The notes: generated from the letters alone by a model not told the origin. A stretch of 64,000 nt of DNA from an uncultured bacterium (GCA_963729625.1 CAVSOU010000008.1:96001-160000); one strand, 5' to 3'; positions 49,119 through 59,927 are shown, numbered from the stretch's first letter. Program-made: numbers and translations.

Positions 49119-50330
49119 ATGCCGGATCGAAACATCAGCGCGGTGATCGTCGGCGCGGGAAAGGTGGGCCGCGGCTTCATCGCCCACCTGCTGTCACTTG
49201 CCGGGGCACGCGTCACCTTTGTCGAATGGAACCAGGACCTTGTCGCCGAGATGGCGCGACGAGGTCGGTACCACGTGTACATCGCCGGCGAACCCATGCA
49301 GGAGTATGTCGTCCAGGAGTACACGATTGTCGCGGCCAGTGACACGGAGCAGGTTGCGGACCTCATCGCCGGTGCGGACCTCGTCTTCACGGCCATCGGC
49401 GGCGAGCGCCTGGCTTCGCTTGGGCCGCTGTTTGCCGGTGGCATTACCCGGCGCGCGCACGGCGATCCGGCCGTGCTCAACCTGATCACGTGCGAGAACT
49501 GGACCCAGCCCGGTTCGATTCTGCGCCGCAGTATCGAGTCAAGCCTGCCGCCGGAAGCGCAGGCGTACTTCGAGGAGTACTGCGGCATTGCCGAGTCGAC
49601 GGTCTATCGCGGGTGCATCGAGCCCACGGCCGAACAGCGCGCAAGTGACCCTCTCGCGGTGCAGGGAACCGACTACTGGCAGCTTCAGGTCGACGGCGAC
49701 AAGGTACGCCGACCTTTCCCGGAGCTTGCCGGAATCGTGCTCATCACGGGCTTCCAGAGCGCGCTCGAGCGAAAGCTCTTCACCTACAGCGCGCTCAGCG
49801 CCACCATCTCGTATCTTGGAGCGCTGTTGGGTTACAGCACGTTACATGACGCAGCCGTCGACCCACGCGTGGTCGCGGTGGCGCGCGCAGTGTTGCGCGA
49901 GTCCGGCACGGCCCTCTGCCGACGCCACGGGCACTCGGCTGAAGATCAGGCAGAGCATGCCCAGGAGTCGCTTGCCGCGTTTCAGGACGCGCTCAATCCA
50001 GACACACTGGAGCGCCACGCCCGCGACCCGCTGCGAAAACTGAGCCGTCACGATCGGTTGGTGGGACCCGCATCGCTCTGCCTGGAGGAGGGCGTGGAGC
50101 CGCGAGCGCTGGCCCTGACGATCGCCGCCGCCCTCCGCTACGATGAGCCCAGCGACCCAGCCGCGACAGCGCTGCAGAGGCGGCTGACCGAGGGCGGCCT
50201 CGAGAGCGTACTCGCGGAGGTATGCGGGCTGGATCCGAACGGCCCGTTGGCGATGCTTGTCAAGGCGCGCATTCCGGAGATCGCTCGATTCGCCGCTGGT
50301 GACAAGACAAGCGAGTGGGCCGGCATGTGA
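49119..50330 (+). CDS. Mannitol-1-phosphate 5-dehydrogenase-like (long-chain polyol dehydrogenase)
   Basis: VGAGKVGRGFI, ITCEN, ERKLFT, RDPLRKLSRHDRLVGP. Some catalytic-region residues diverge, so the substrate is uncertain. Confidence 0.82.
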   Translation: MPDRNISAVIVGAGKVGRGFIAHLLSLAGARVTFVEWNQDLVAEMARRGRYHVYIAGEPMQEYVVQEYTIVAASDTEQVADLIAGADLVFTAIGGERLASLGPLFAGGITRRAHGDPAVLNLITCENWTQPGSILRRSIESSLPPEAQAYFEEYCGIAESTVYRGCIEPTAEQRASDPLAVQGTDYWQLQVDGDKVRRPFPELAGIVLITGFQSALERKLFTYSALSATISYLGALLGYSTLHDAAVDPRVVAVARAVLRESGTALCRRHGHSAEDQAEHAQESLAAFQDALNPDTLERHARDPLRKLSRHDRLVGPASLCLEEGVEPRALALTIAAALRYDEPSDPAATALQRRLTEGGLESVLAEVCGLDPNGPLAMLVKARIPEIARFAAGDKTSEWAGM

Positions 50331-50361
50331 CAACAGCCGTTCGGCGGGCGCGAGAGCTGGA

Positions 50362-51570
50362 GTGAGAATTTCGTCGGCCGGCCATAGTCGCGCGCGACAC
50401 GCCTTGATCGGCGCCATCGCTGCCGCGGGCGCCACGGGCTGGAACAACACGAACATCGGCGCGATGGCGACCAGCCTTGCCCGCGAATACGGCATTTCGC
50501 TCGCCGAGGTGGGTCTCTTCACGACCGCGCTCTTCCTCACGCACATGATCATGCAGATACCAGCCGGCAGAGCGAGCGAGCACTTTGGGGCACGACGAAC
50601 AATGCTGGCCGGGCTAGGCGTCCTCGCCATCGCGAACGCCGCCGCGTTGGTCGCCGGATCGCCGGCTTCCATTATCGCCGTCCGCGCGCTCATGGGGGTC
50701 GGCACCGGTCTCGTCTTCGTTTCGGGCAGCGCGTACGTCCGAGAATCCGGTGGCTCACCATTCGCCCAGGGACTCTACGGTGGCATGGGCCTTGGCGGCG
50801 GAGGCCTCGCGATCGTGGTGGTCCCCCAGGTAGCAGGCTGGTTGGGATGGCGCGCGCCCTTCGCAACGGCGCTGCTGGTCGGCGCGGCGGCATTCGGGGT
50901 CCTGCTGCTCAGTCCAGGGGATCGGCCGTGGCAGCGTCCGCGTCGCCCCGGCGGTGTTACAGCCGGGCTGTTCGCGGACCGCCGTCTCTACAGGCTCGCC
51001 GCCGTCTATGCGGCCTCGCTCGGCCTGAGCATCGTGATCGGCAACTGGATTGTCACCATGCTCGAGCGCTCCGGCGGCGCATCATCCGGCGCTGCCGGTC
51101 TTGTCGGAGGCTTGGCCCTGTTGCTGCCGGTCTTCTCCCGACCGCTTGGCGGCTGGATTCTGCGCGCCCGTCCTGGCTACATACGCGCCTCCGTCGCGCT
51201 CAGCTTGGCCGGCGGCGCGCTCGGTACGCTTGCGCTGGTCGTGGCGGCGCCGCTGCCCATTGCCGCCGCCGGCGCGATCCTGGTCGGCGTTGCCGCCGGC
51301 ATTCCCTTCGCCCCGGTCTTTCTTGGCGCGGCGCAACTGCGGCCGGATAGCCCTGTCGCGGCGGTCGGCCTGGTCAACGCCGCGGCCAGCGCCGTTGTCG
51401 TCGCCGGGACGCCGTTGCTCGGCTTGACCTTTTCGCTGCCCGGCTCGGGACGGGTCGGCTTCGCCGTCGTCGCCGTGCTGTGGCTGGGATCGCTGGTCGC
51501 CGTGCCGCCGGCCCGGGACCTCGGCGCACCCACCACTACCGCTCCACTGGCCGGCGCTGCGAGTGGTTGA
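50362..51570 (+). CDS. MFS transporter
   Basis: About 12 hydrophobic segments; motif A-like GRASEHFGARR; RALMGVG; RPLGGW. Confidence 0.85.
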   Translation: MRISSAGHSRARHALIGAIAAAGATGWNNTNIGAMATSLAREYGISLAEVGLFTTALFLTHMIMQIPAGRASEHFGARRTMLAGLGVLAIANAAALVAGSPASIIAVRALMGVGTGLVFVSGSAYVRESGGSPFAQGLYGGMGLGGGGLAIVVVPQVAGWLGWRAPFATALLVGAAAFGVLLLSPGDRPWQRPRRPGGVTAGLFADRRLYRLAAVYAASLGLSIVIGNWIVTMLERSGGASSGAAGLVGGLALLLPVFSRPLGGWILRARPGYIRASVALSLAGGALGTLALVVAAPLPIAAAGAILVGVAAGIPFAPVFLGAAQLRPDSPVAAVGLVNAAASAVVVAGTPLLGLTFSLPGSGRVGFAVVAVLWLGSLVAVPPARDLGAPTTTAPLAGAASG

Positions 51571-51723
51571 GAAGTGCGGCAACCAACGTTGAGAAGCCTG
51601 GCCTGCACTATCCCGCAGGCTTATAAGGCGTCGGGATTACACGAGAACGTGGCGTGGCGGCGCGCCCGGCGACATCGTCGGTATGTATGATGGATAGGAT
51701 GGAGCAGAGGAGGTTATCGGTTC

Positions 51724-52467
51724 GTGCGCATCGCCGTAATTGCCGATATCCATGCAAATCTCATTGCCCTCGATGCTGTCCTGGCGGAGATATCGGTACA
51801 GGAAATCGACACCAGCGTCTGCCTGGGTGACGTCGCCGGTCTCGGGGCACACCCGCGCGAAGTGCTCGACCGTTTGCGGGCACTGGCGTGCCCGGTGGTC
51901 ATGGGCAATGCCGACGAGTTTCTCCTGGATCCTTCGCTTCTCGATCCGGCCCGCCACCCCAAAGCGGATCAACGCACCCGGCGCATGCACGAGATGGAGC
52001 GCTGGGCCGCCGAACAGATCACGCCCGCACACAGAACGTACATCCGTACGTTCAAGCCGACAGTCGAGGTACCTCTCGGCGAAGATGCGTCTATTCTTTG
52101 CTACCACGGCTCTCCGCGTTCCAACTGGGACGATATACGCGCCTCGACTTCGGACACCGAGATGGTATCCCTCCTGGGATATCGCCGAACGTTGGTGATG
52201 GCCGGAGGGCACACGCACGAGCAATTCGTCCGCCGCCTGGACCAGTCGATCGTCATCAACCCAGGCAGTGTCGGGCTTCCCTACGAGACGTTGGCCGGAG
52301 GCGACTATCGTAACCCGCCATGGTCGGAATACGCGGTGGTCACGGCAGACGGCGATCGGCTCGCCGTCGAGCTGCGGCGCGTACCTGTCGATCAAGCGGC
52401 AATTCGCGAAGCGCTGGTCGCCAGCGGCATCCCACACGCCCAATGGTGGGCTGCCGACTGGCGCTAA
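51724..52467 (+). CDS. Metallophosphoesterase (calcineurin-like)
   Basis: ADIHAN, CLGDV, GNAD, HGSP, GHTH, INPGSVG. Confidence 0.92.
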   Translation: MRIAVIADIHANLIALDAVLAEISVQEIDTSVCLGDVAGLGAHPREVLDRLRALACPVVMGNADEFLLDPSLLDPARHPKADQRTRRMHEMERWAAEQITPAHRTYIRTFKPTVEVPLGEDASILCYHGSPRSNWDDIRASTSDTEMVSLLGYRRTLVMAGGHTHEQFVRRLDQSIVINPGSVGLPYETLAGGDYRNPPWSEYAVVTADGDRLAVELRRVPVDQAAIREALVASGIPHAQWWAADWR

Positions 52468-52607
52468 CGCGAAGAGCTCCTGTTCCTGTCATCGGCCAGC
52501 TGCCGTGTGCCGGTCGGAACCAAGGTATATGGCCTGGCTGGCAAGCCGGTGGTATGGTGTGATCAGGCTGCACGTTGTTCAGCATGATCGACTGAGGATC
52601 CCCCTCC

Positions 52608-53867
52608 ATGCGCACGCGATCGCTTCTCACGGGCTCGACGCTGCTGCTTGGCGCGCTCATAGCCACCGGACTCGTATTTGGCCACGCTGTACCGGACCCG
52701 GTCCTGTACTCCGTCAGCCTGAGCTCGGCGCCCTGGACCATGACGCTTGACGAGCTGGACGGGCAGGTCTTCGTCGTCAGCCGGACGCCGGCAGGATCGG
52801 GCAGCGCCAGTGCGTATGGGTTTGCCAGCGCAGGCAGCTATGGCTTTACGGTGAATGGCGCGGCCGTGGCCAGAGGCCTCAGCTCGAGCACCGTACCACG
52901 CCCCGACACGGTAAGCCTGGTCGGCCGCGCGAGCAGATGGGTCGATCGCACCGTACCGGTAGCTGCCGATCCCGGGATGGCGGCAGTTGACATCCAGGAC
53001 GGGCTGCTTTACGTCACCAGCGAGGATGAGAATGTTGTCAACGTGCTGGATATCGGGCGGTTGCTTCACATACGCGACGTGCAGGTAGGGACGCGTCCCA
53101 CCGCGGTTGCCGTATCCGGGACCACACACCGCGTGTTCGTGGTCAACGCGGGTGATGGAACCGTGAGTATGCTGGATTCGACCAGCGGCACGGTGCTGCG
53201 GACGATCCAGGCGCCCGCTGCCGTAGACTCCGCCGGCATCGCTGTAGACACGGGCCACGCTCGCATCTATCTTGCTGAACCAGGATCAGTGAGCGTCTTG
53301 GACGCACGCAGCGGCGCGCTGCTACGAACCTTCGCGCTGGCGCCGGAGCCAAGTCAGACGAGGTCGCAAGCCGCCAAGATCGTCATGCAGTACGGCGGAA
53401 CCGCGACAACGGCGCTCGTAGACGAGAGCGCGGCACGTCTGTACGTCCTTGACATGGGCACACTCACCACCATCGATACCTTAAGCGATGGCGTGATGCG
53501 CAGCTTCTCTGTCGGTTCCGGCGTCACCGCCGCGGCGATCGATCACCGGACCGGCAGCATCTTGCTGGCGCGTGCGGAGGCGGCCGGCGGCGCGGGACGC
53601 CTGCAGGTGATGGATCCGCGAAGCGGCTCCATCCGCCGCACGATCGCTCTTGCTATCGCTCCGGTGGCGTTGGCGGTCGACGATCTCAGGGGCCAGGTAG
53701 TAGTCGTCGGCCGAAACGGGGAGCGGACCCCCTCCGATCCGTGGGCATGGCTGCCGGATAGTCTCCGGGGGAGGCTGCCTTTCATGCCTTCCCGAGCCTC
53801 GGGTGGTCCGGCGCAGGGAGGCAGCGTCGTTGTGCTCAATCTCGCGGATCTGTCGTTACCGCGGTGA
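52608..53867 (+). CDS. Secreted YncE/YVTN-type beta-propeller protein
   Basis: Signal peptide; repeats LYVTS..NVVNVLD, VGTRPTAVAV..RVFVVN.GDGTVSMLD. Confidence 0.82.
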   Translation: MRTRSLLTGSTLLLGALIATGLVFGHAVPDPVLYSVSLSSAPWTMTLDELDGQVFVVSRTPAGSGSASAYGFASAGSYGFTVNGAAVARGLSSSTVPRPDTVSLVGRASRWVDRTVPVAADPGMAAVDIQDGLLYVTSEDENVVNVLDIGRLLHIRDVQVGTRPTAVAVSGTTHRVFVVNAGDGTVSMLDSTSGTVLRTIQAPAAVDSAGIAVDTGHARIYLAEPGSVSVLDARSGALLRTFALAPEPSQTRSQAAKIVMQYGGTATTALVDESAARLYVLDMGTLTTIDTLSDGVMRSFSVGSGVTAAAIDHRTGSILLARAEAAGGAGRLQVMDPRSGSIRRTIALAIAPVALAVDDLRGQVVVVGRNGERTPSDPWAWLPDSLRGRLPFMPSRASGGPAQGGSVVVLNLADLSLPR

Positions 53868-54372
53868 GGAGCGGGGGGGCGCCCGGCTTGCTCACCTGGC
53901 ACACCACAGGCGCCCTTTAGCGAATGTCCATTTCCTGCGCTCCCGCCGGCGAGACCAGCGGCAAGGCCAACGCGCGGCGAGGGGCAGGAAAGACGCCCGC
54001 CCGGTGTAGCGTGTCGAGCCAGTACGCGACGTTGTGATCCCAGAGCGATGCGTTGCCGCTGTCGCCGGCTGCCGCGTAACACCCGCGTACATTTTCGGCG
54101 TAACTGTGCAGCTGTTTGGCCAGGGCAAGCGATGGCGTCTGCTGGTATCGCTCGCAGACACTGTAGTATGCGTGGCGCATTGCATGAAGCATTGGGTAGG
54201 CCTCCATGGCGGGCTAGAAGACGAAACGCGGGTCGCCCGGCCCATAATACACGCGCTGGACGCGCCGCGTCCATTGTCGTAGTGGATGGTTGCGTCATAT
54301 GTCTCGAAAGGTACTCTATGAAGCACGGGTGCCGCCAAGAGCTACGGTGCAGCGGATCGTGGGGAGGGACGG

Positions 54373-54543
54373 ATGTCTGACTATGTGATCCTCCATCCCC
54401 ACGTGTGTTTCGCGCGCGTCAAGCCGCCCTCCGAGTCGGACGTGCTGGCGATGCACCATGCGGCGCACGAGGAGTGCTACATCGCGAACTCGGTGAAAAC
54501 CGTGGTGGAGACTGAATCGACCTGGGAGATTGCCGCGCGCTGA
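54373..54543 (+). pseudogene. C-terminal fragment of an OsmC-family protein (56 aa)
   Basis: Manual translation MSDYVILHPHVCF...MHHAAHEECYIANSVKTVV; AHEECYIANSV is the second-Cys motif of OsmC-like proteins; the N-terminal half with the first Cys is absent. Confidence 0.65.
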
Positions 54544-54723
54544 CCTGCCGAGTGGCTGCCAATCGCGGGAGTCATGGCGCGAACTGCCTGCGCAGTTGAC
54601 CACCATTGCCGTGCCGCAGGCGGCCAGGACATGCTATTGTGGCACCAATTGATCCGCGGAACCCGGCTTGATTCCCCGCACGTGCGCGCGCCGGCGGGTG
54701 CAAGCGCCTGGGGAGGTATGTTG

Positions 54724-55578
54724 ATGGCCATGTCACAGCAGCACATGCCGACATCGCTCGATAGCCAGTCTCCTCCCCGGCGCTCAGCAGTGGCGCGAAC
54801 CGCGCGCCGCCACCTGCGGGTGGCTGGCACAGGTTCCATGGCCGGGACGGACATACTGGCGTTGCGGCAACCGATCGAGTTGCCCCTGCCACAGGCCCCG
54901 ATTGCCACGGCGCATCAGCTCCCGCTCACCCGGGCAAGCGTGCGCGAATGGCTCAAGTTGCACGTGGCGCCGATTGTCAGCCGCTGCTGGGTAACCTGGT
55001 ATCGGCTGCGCTTGGGTCACCGTGTTGAGTTTGGCCGCAACTTCTTGACCAACGGCCGGCTGATCATACGCGGTCCCGGCCGCGTGATCTTCGGCGACGA
55101 CGTCAACGCATGGTGTCACGCCGAGAAGAACGTGTTCATCACCTACACGCCAGAGGCGCGCATCGAGATCGGCAGCGGCGCCCGGATCAATGGCGCCGGC
55201 ATGATGGCCCGCATCGGCATCCGCATCGGGCCGCGCTGTATGGTCGGCTCGACGCTGATCATCGACAACGATTTCCACCCCCTCGATCCTCAGCTTCGCC
55301 ACGATCCGCGAGCCCCGATCGGCAGCCGCGCGGTGCGGGTGGGAGCCAACGTCTGGCTGGGCGGCCAGAGTGCGCTGCTCAAGGGCGTCTCCATCGGCGA
55401 GAACTCGATGGTGGCGTTTCGTGCTGTCGTGACCAACCCGGTACCTGCGAACGTGGTCGTGGCCGGCAATCCGGCTCGCATAGTCAAGCGGTTGCCCGAG
55501 CACGCCCTGGGTGCGGGACTGCCTGCAACCGAGCAGGTCGTCCTTGGACCGCCCTCGTCGCGAAACCTCCAGAACTGA
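54724..55578 (+). CDS. Hexapeptide-repeat (LbH) acyltransferase
   Basis: IEIGSGARING, IIDNDFH, VRVGANVWLG, LKGVSIGENSMV, VPANVVVAGNPARIVK. Start uncertain. Confidence 0.88.
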   Translation: MAMSQQHMPTSLDSQSPPRRSAVARTARRHLRVAGTGSMAGTDILALRQPIELPLPQAPIATAHQLPLTRASVREWLKLHVAPIVSRCWVTWYRLRLGHRVEFGRNFLTNGRLIIRGPGRVIFGDDVNAWCHAEKNVFITYTPEARIEIGSGARINGAGMMARIGIRIGPRCMVGSTLIIDNDFHPLDPQLRHDPRAPIGSRAVRVGANVWLGGQSALLKGVSIGENSMVAFRAVVTNPVPANVVVAGNPARIVKRLPEHALGAGLPATEQVVLGPPSSRNLQN

Positions 55579-55595
55579 CTTGCCGGGTCTCCGGT

Positions 55596-56351
55596 TTAGC
55601 CAAGCGGCTGCAATGATTGAAGCGTCGCGTCGACATCCATGGTGTAGGGGAATGTGCCGCCGATACGCCGGTGCACGACGAGCCGAACGTCCAACCCGCT
55701 GCCGGGAGCGTGCCAGGTTACGTCGGTCTCGGTACCTGGGTGATCGCCGCCGGTCTTTGAGCTTGCATCGATCTCGTATGCGGTCACAGACGTACCGCCG
55801 ATCCGCATCGGCGCTTGTCGCGTGACCCGGTTGGTGCTCACAACCGGGAGCCCGCCGGCAGAGAAGTGTTGCGTCCAGTGCTGGCCCACGCGGAGCGTCG
55901 ACGGCAGTGCCAGTGTCGTCGGCACGGTCGCTGCGACGCTCTCTTGGGCGATCCCAAATACGATCCGCGTGCGCTGCCAGGCCAGGTAACGCCCGTCCGG
56001 ACGTACATCAAAGCGGCTCGCCTCCAGGTGGTCTTGCGAGAGGTCGACCTCGACAGTTATGGTGCCGGGCGTGCGGGTCACGATCATGCGAGCCTGCGAA
56101 GGAAACGAACGGCAGAGCTTGAGGCCGGCCAGTCCGGCACACTCCTTGCCCTGCAGGGTATAGGTGTACACTCCCTGGCGCGGTGGCCCGGAGACACTGC
56201 CCTTAGCGGCCTGCTTGAACCGGTCCATGGCCTTCCCGACGGAAATGGGGCTGCTGTCAGTCGACAATTGTCGCCAGCCGACACCGGCGACGATGAACAC
56301 GGCTGCGATCAGTCCCGCGGCGATGAGCAGGATCTTGCGCCGAGGCGTCAT
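55596..56351 (-). CDS. Hypothetical membrane-anchored protein
   Basis: GGAGG SD; single N-terminal TM helix; beta-rich extracellular domain (GVYTYTLQG). Confidence 0.7.
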   Translation of the reverse strand: MTPRRKILLIAAGLIAAVFIVAGVGWRQLSTDSSPISVGKAMDRFKQAAKGSVSGPPRQGVYTYTLQGKECAGLAGLKLCRSFPSQARMIVTRTPGTITVEVDLSQDHLEASRFDVRPDGRYLAWQRTRIVFGIAQESVAATVPTTLALPSTLRVGQHWTQHFSAGGLPVVSTNRVTRQAPMRIGGTSVTAYEIDASSKTGGDHPGTETDVTWHAPGSGLDVRLVVHRRIGGTFPYTMDVDATLQSLQPLG

Positions 56352-56669
56352 GGCGTGGTCCTCCAACAGCTCTCTCGGGTACTAGTAACGGTGTAGCGCC
56401 GTGCGTGCTTAGGTGTCCAGGCGGAAGTGCACGGGCGCGACTGATGTAGATCGTCCCGCCTGAGTCTCAAGCATCATCGCGGTGACCCGGTCCCGATGCG
56501 CGCGAGATTGTCCAGACAGGGCGGAACCGCGCCATCAGGAAAAGGCCGTTGACCCTATACGTGGGCTGAAACAGACTAAGGGTGCGGGATCGCCCCGGCC
56601 GAGCCCGTAGAACGCGCGAAATACTGCATGGAGATAGAGCCGGCCGGTCCATATGGGAGGCAACACGCG

Positions 56670-57218
56670 ATGCCCGAGACATACGTTGCGTTGCTGCGGG
56701 GCGTGAACGTCGGCGGCAAGAACAAGTTACCGATGAAGGATCTGGTGGCACTGTGCGGCGAGATCGGGTGTCGTGACGTGCGAGCCTACATCCAGAGCGG
56801 AAACGTGATCTTCAGCGCCGATGCCGCCGTCGAGTCCTCGCTCCCGGTCACGATCAGCGAGCGGATTGCCGACCGTTTTGGACTTCGCGTGCCTGTCGTT
56901 CTACGCTCGGCCGACGACATGGCCGAAATCGTTCGCGGCAATCCCTTCCTCGAGGCAGGCGCGTCCAAGGAAACGCTACATGTCCTGTTCCTTGCCGACC
57001 GACCACCTGCAAGCACGGTCGAAAACCTTGATCCCGACCGTTCACTTCCCGACCAGTTCGTCGTGCGCGGCCGCGAAGTATACCTGCGGCTGACGAGCGG
57101 TGTGGCCGGTACCAAGCTGAGCACAGGCTACTTCGACGCCAAGCTTGCTACAACCAGCACCGCCAGGAACTGGCGTACTGTGACCGCACTGCTCGCGCTG
57201 ATGAGCGGCGCTTCTTGA
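56670..57218 (+). CDS. DUF1697 domain protein
   Basis: YVALLRGVNVGGKNKLPMKDL, YIQSGNVIF, TARNWRTV. Confidence 0.9.
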   Translation: MPETYVALLRGVNVGGKNKLPMKDLVALCGEIGCRDVRAYIQSGNVIFSADAAVESSLPVTISERIADRFGLRVPVVLRSADDMAEIVRGNPFLEAGASKETLHVLFLADRPPASTVENLDPDRSLPDQFVVRGREVYLRLTSGVAGTKLSTGYFDAKLATTSTARNWRTVTALLALMSGAS

Positions 57219-57321
57219 TCGCCGCTCCGCTCTGCCGTCGTCGCGTCGGGCCTGAGGGCCGGCGCCGGCCGCGTGGCTGAGATCCGGCCGGATCGTAGTG
57301 CTAATTGCTCGGCGACCGCCA

Positions 57322-57768
57322 TCATCGATCCTCCACGGCACCGGGACGGTCAGATCCGTTCACACGAGCGGCGGAAGGCCGCTCAAGATCTGCGGCCAAC
57401 GCCTCCGCATCGGCGATCAGCCGTTCGAGGTCCAGACCCTGCCAATCTGATCCATAGACGCGCAGCCGCCCGATCGCCCGCAGCATGAGTACACGGCTGC
57501 CGTGCGCATTGCCGCGCTGACGATGGACGTAGCCCGCAGCCAGCTGTGCCAGGCCCTTGTACCCTTCCGCATCGGGGCTCCCGCGAGCCTGTTTCCAGCA
57601 CGTCTCCCAGGCCTCGTGAGCGCAGAAGTACTGAGCGAAAGCATAATAGGCTCGGCCAAGCCGGTCGTTCTCCGCGATGCTAAGTCGGTCGAAGTCCTCG
57701 AGCGACAGCCGATCCGGCTCATCGCGCGGCAGTGGCCTGCCCATCTCGTCGCGTGGTCGGCGTCCCAT
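57322..57768 (-). CDS. DUF309 domain protein
   Basis: YFCAHEAWETCW, YKGLAQLAAGYVHRQRGN; N-terminal RPRDEMGRPLP. Confidence 0.85.
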   Translation of the reverse strand: MGRRPRDEMGRPLPRDEPDRLSLEDFDRLSIAENDRLGRAYYAFAQYFCAHEAWETCWKQARGSPDAEGYKGLAQLAAGYVHRQRGNAHGSRVLMLRAIGRLRVYGSDWQGLDLERLIADAEALAADLERPSAARVNGSDRPGAVEDR

Positions 57769-58017
57769 CTCCGCACCCGTCCTGCCAGATATACGCTGCA
57801 ACCTCACGCCGCTACATGTCGAGAAGGGCAGTGCCGGCCGGCACGCCATTCCTCTTGGCACACGCTTGAGGGGCGTGGCGGCGCGGTCTCCGCGCGCAGC
57901 GACTTCTCCTCGGGCAACCGTGCGTGTATCTACCATACAGCTTCTCACCATCCAGGCCCGCCTCAGGACGTTTCCTGGCTTGTCAGCGCCCGGCCTGATG
58001 CGGCATGCTTAGCCTGT

Positions 58018-59385
58018 ATGAATACGGACTTGGAAACGCGCATCCGCGAGCGCACCGCGCAGGTCTGCGTCATAGGACTTGGCTACGTCGGACTGCCGCT
58101 TGCAACGGAGTTCGCGGAGGCCGGTTTCCACGTGACCGGCGTCGACCTCGATGCGACCAAGATCGAGGCGGTGGGAGCGGGCCTGAGCTACATTCCCGAC
58201 GTGCCGGCCAGCCGGATCGCACTTCTGGTCCAGGTTGGCAAGCTCGCGGCAACTACCGATTATCAGGCGATTGACCCGTCTCCCGACGTGGTGTTTATCT
58301 GCGTGCCCACGCCGTATACGACCCTGAAGGTGCCAGATCTCAGCTACATCACGGAAGCCACGAACTCGATCGCTGCCGCGCTGCGCCCGGGTCAGCTCAT
58401 CGTGCTTGAAAGCACAACCTATCCAGGCACCACGGAGGAGATGGTGCTTCCGATCCTGGAAGGAGCGGGCGACCTGCTGCACGAGCGGGACTTCTTCCTC
58501 GCGTTTTCGCCCGAGCGAATCGATCCGGGCCACGCGCATTACGACATCGGCACGGTAACCAAGGTAGTCGGCGGCGCTGGACCCAAGGGCGCACACCTGG
58601 CATCGCTCCTCTTCGAAAGCGTGGCTCCAGGGAAGGTGCATACCGTGTCCTCGGCCCGGGCAGCCGAGATGGCCAAGCTGCTCGAGAACACGTTCCGCAG
58701 CGTGAACATCGCGCTGGTGAACGAGCTGGCCATGCTGGCCGAGCGAATGGGTCTCGACATTTGGGAAGTAATAGACGCCGCTTCAACCAAACCCTTCGGA
58801 TTCATGCCCTTCTATCCCGGTCCAGGCGTCGGCGGGCACTGCATCCCCGTGGATCCGTTCTACTTGAGCTGGAAAGCCCGCGAGTTCGACTTCTACACTC
58901 GCTTCGTGGAGCTAGCGGCGGAGACCAACGACAACATGCCGTTTCACATGGTGGACCTGATTGCCTGGGCCCTCAACAGTCATGGCTTGTCGACCAGGGG
59001 CACGTCCATCCTCGTGCTGGGGGTAGCGTTCAAGCGCGACGTTGATGACGCGCGCAATTCGCCGTCCCAGCGTGTGATCGAGCTGCTGCGCACGCGCGGC
59101 GCCGACGTGCGCTATCACGACCCGCACGTGCCAACGTTTCGCGTGTCGGGGACCGTATTTGGCAAGAATGGATTCACGGACCTGCACTCCGTGCCGCTAT
59201 CGAACGAAGAGCTGGACAGGTCCGACGCCGTAGTCATTCTGGTGGCTCACAGTGCCATCGACTTCGAGCACGTCGCCTGCACGGCAAAGATCCTGGTGGA
59301 TGCCACCGCGGCTACTCGCCTGTCGCAGCGGGCGGACATCTGGCGCCTTGGCGCGCCCGCACCTGCCGGCGGATCTGCACGCTAG
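58018..59385 (+). CDS. UDP-GlcNAc/UDP-hexose 6-dehydrogenase family (WbpA/WecC-like)
   Basis: GLGYVGLPLA, ICVPTP, LESTTYPGTT, FSPERIDPG, KLLENTFR, GVGGHCIPVDP, LGVAFK.DVDDARNSP. Confidence 0.95.
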   Translation: MNTDLETRIRERTAQVCVIGLGYVGLPLATEFAEAGFHVTGVDLDATKIEAVGAGLSYIPDVPASRIALLVQVGKLAATTDYQAIDPSPDVVFICVPTPYTTLKVPDLSYITEATNSIAAALRPGQLIVLESTTYPGTTEEMVLPILEGAGDLLHERDFFLAFSPERIDPGHAHYDIGTVTKVVGGAGPKGAHLASLLFESVAPGKVHTVSSARAAEMAKLLENTFRSVNIALVNELAMLAERMGLDIWEVIDAASTKPFGFMPFYPGPGVGGHCIPVDPFYLSWKAREFDFYTRFVELAAETNDNMPFHMVDLIAWALNSHGLSTRGTSILVLGVAFKRDVDDARNSPSQRVIELLRTRGADVRYHDPHVPTFRVSGTVFGKNGFTDLHSVPLSNEELDRSDAVVILVAHSAIDFEHVACTAKILVDATAATRLSQRADIWRLGAPAPAGGSAR

Positions 59386-59548
59386 CAGGGCCCGGGGGGC
59401 ACTATGCGGCGATCCCATACATGCCGGCAAAGTGAGTGTTGCCGGGCGTGGGATAGCTACGCTTCCTTCGCGCCTGAAGAAGACAGGGGAAGTCGCAATC
59501 GACGCCTTGCTCCTGATGATTTGTTCAAGGTTCGTCTCACGATCTCCC

Positions 59549-59577
59549 TTGACACGCCGGTAGTTTTCCATTACGCT
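59549..59577 (+). promoter_or_regulatory. Sigma70-type promoter of the vapBC-type operon
   Basis: TTGACA (59549-59554), 17 bp, TACGCT (59572-59577). Confidence 0.65.
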
Positions 59578-59618
59578 ATAGAGACACCAGACGAGTTAGC
59601 TGTAGGAGCGCGGCTGAG

Positions 59619-59921
59619 GTGAACGACCAATTTCCTGATGGCGAGAGATCTCTGAGACCAGTTCCCATTTGCTATGTCGGCGACACTACCATTACCGGTA
59701 AGAATCAGGTGAGCATCCCGGTAAGAGGGATGCGCGCATTGGGCTGGCAAAAAGGCGATCAACTGATCGTGGAAGTTGCGGAAGGTGACTTGCTCGTGCT
59801 GCTGCGACGCCCTGCTCGCTGGGCGGATGCCTTTGCCGGTAAGCTGGGCGAGGTTTTCGGCGGCCACGACGATACTCTCGCGTATCTGGACGAAGAGCGT
59901 CAAAGTTGGAATGAGGGATAG
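59619..59921 (+). CDS. AbrB/MazE/SpoVT-type antitoxin
   Basis: ITGKNQVSIP..MRALGWQKGDQL; directly upstream of a PIN gene. Confidence 0.85.
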   Translation: MNDQFPDGERSLRPVPICYVGDTTITGKNQVSIPVRGMRALGWQKGDQLIVEVAEGDLLVLLRRPARWADAFAGKLGEVFGGHDDTLAYLDEERQSWNEG

Positions 59922-59927
59922 GTACCG

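Noticed and set aside
48633-49187. N-terminal 185-aa extension of the BNR-repeat ORF
   Set aside because: It overlaps the divergent dehydrogenase start and has non-coding-like composition; the signal peptide begins at ATG 48632.
57502-58017. Long N-terminal extension on the nucleotide-sugar dehydrogenase
   Set aside because: It overlaps the opposite-strand DUF309 gene; family similarity starts at ATG 58018.
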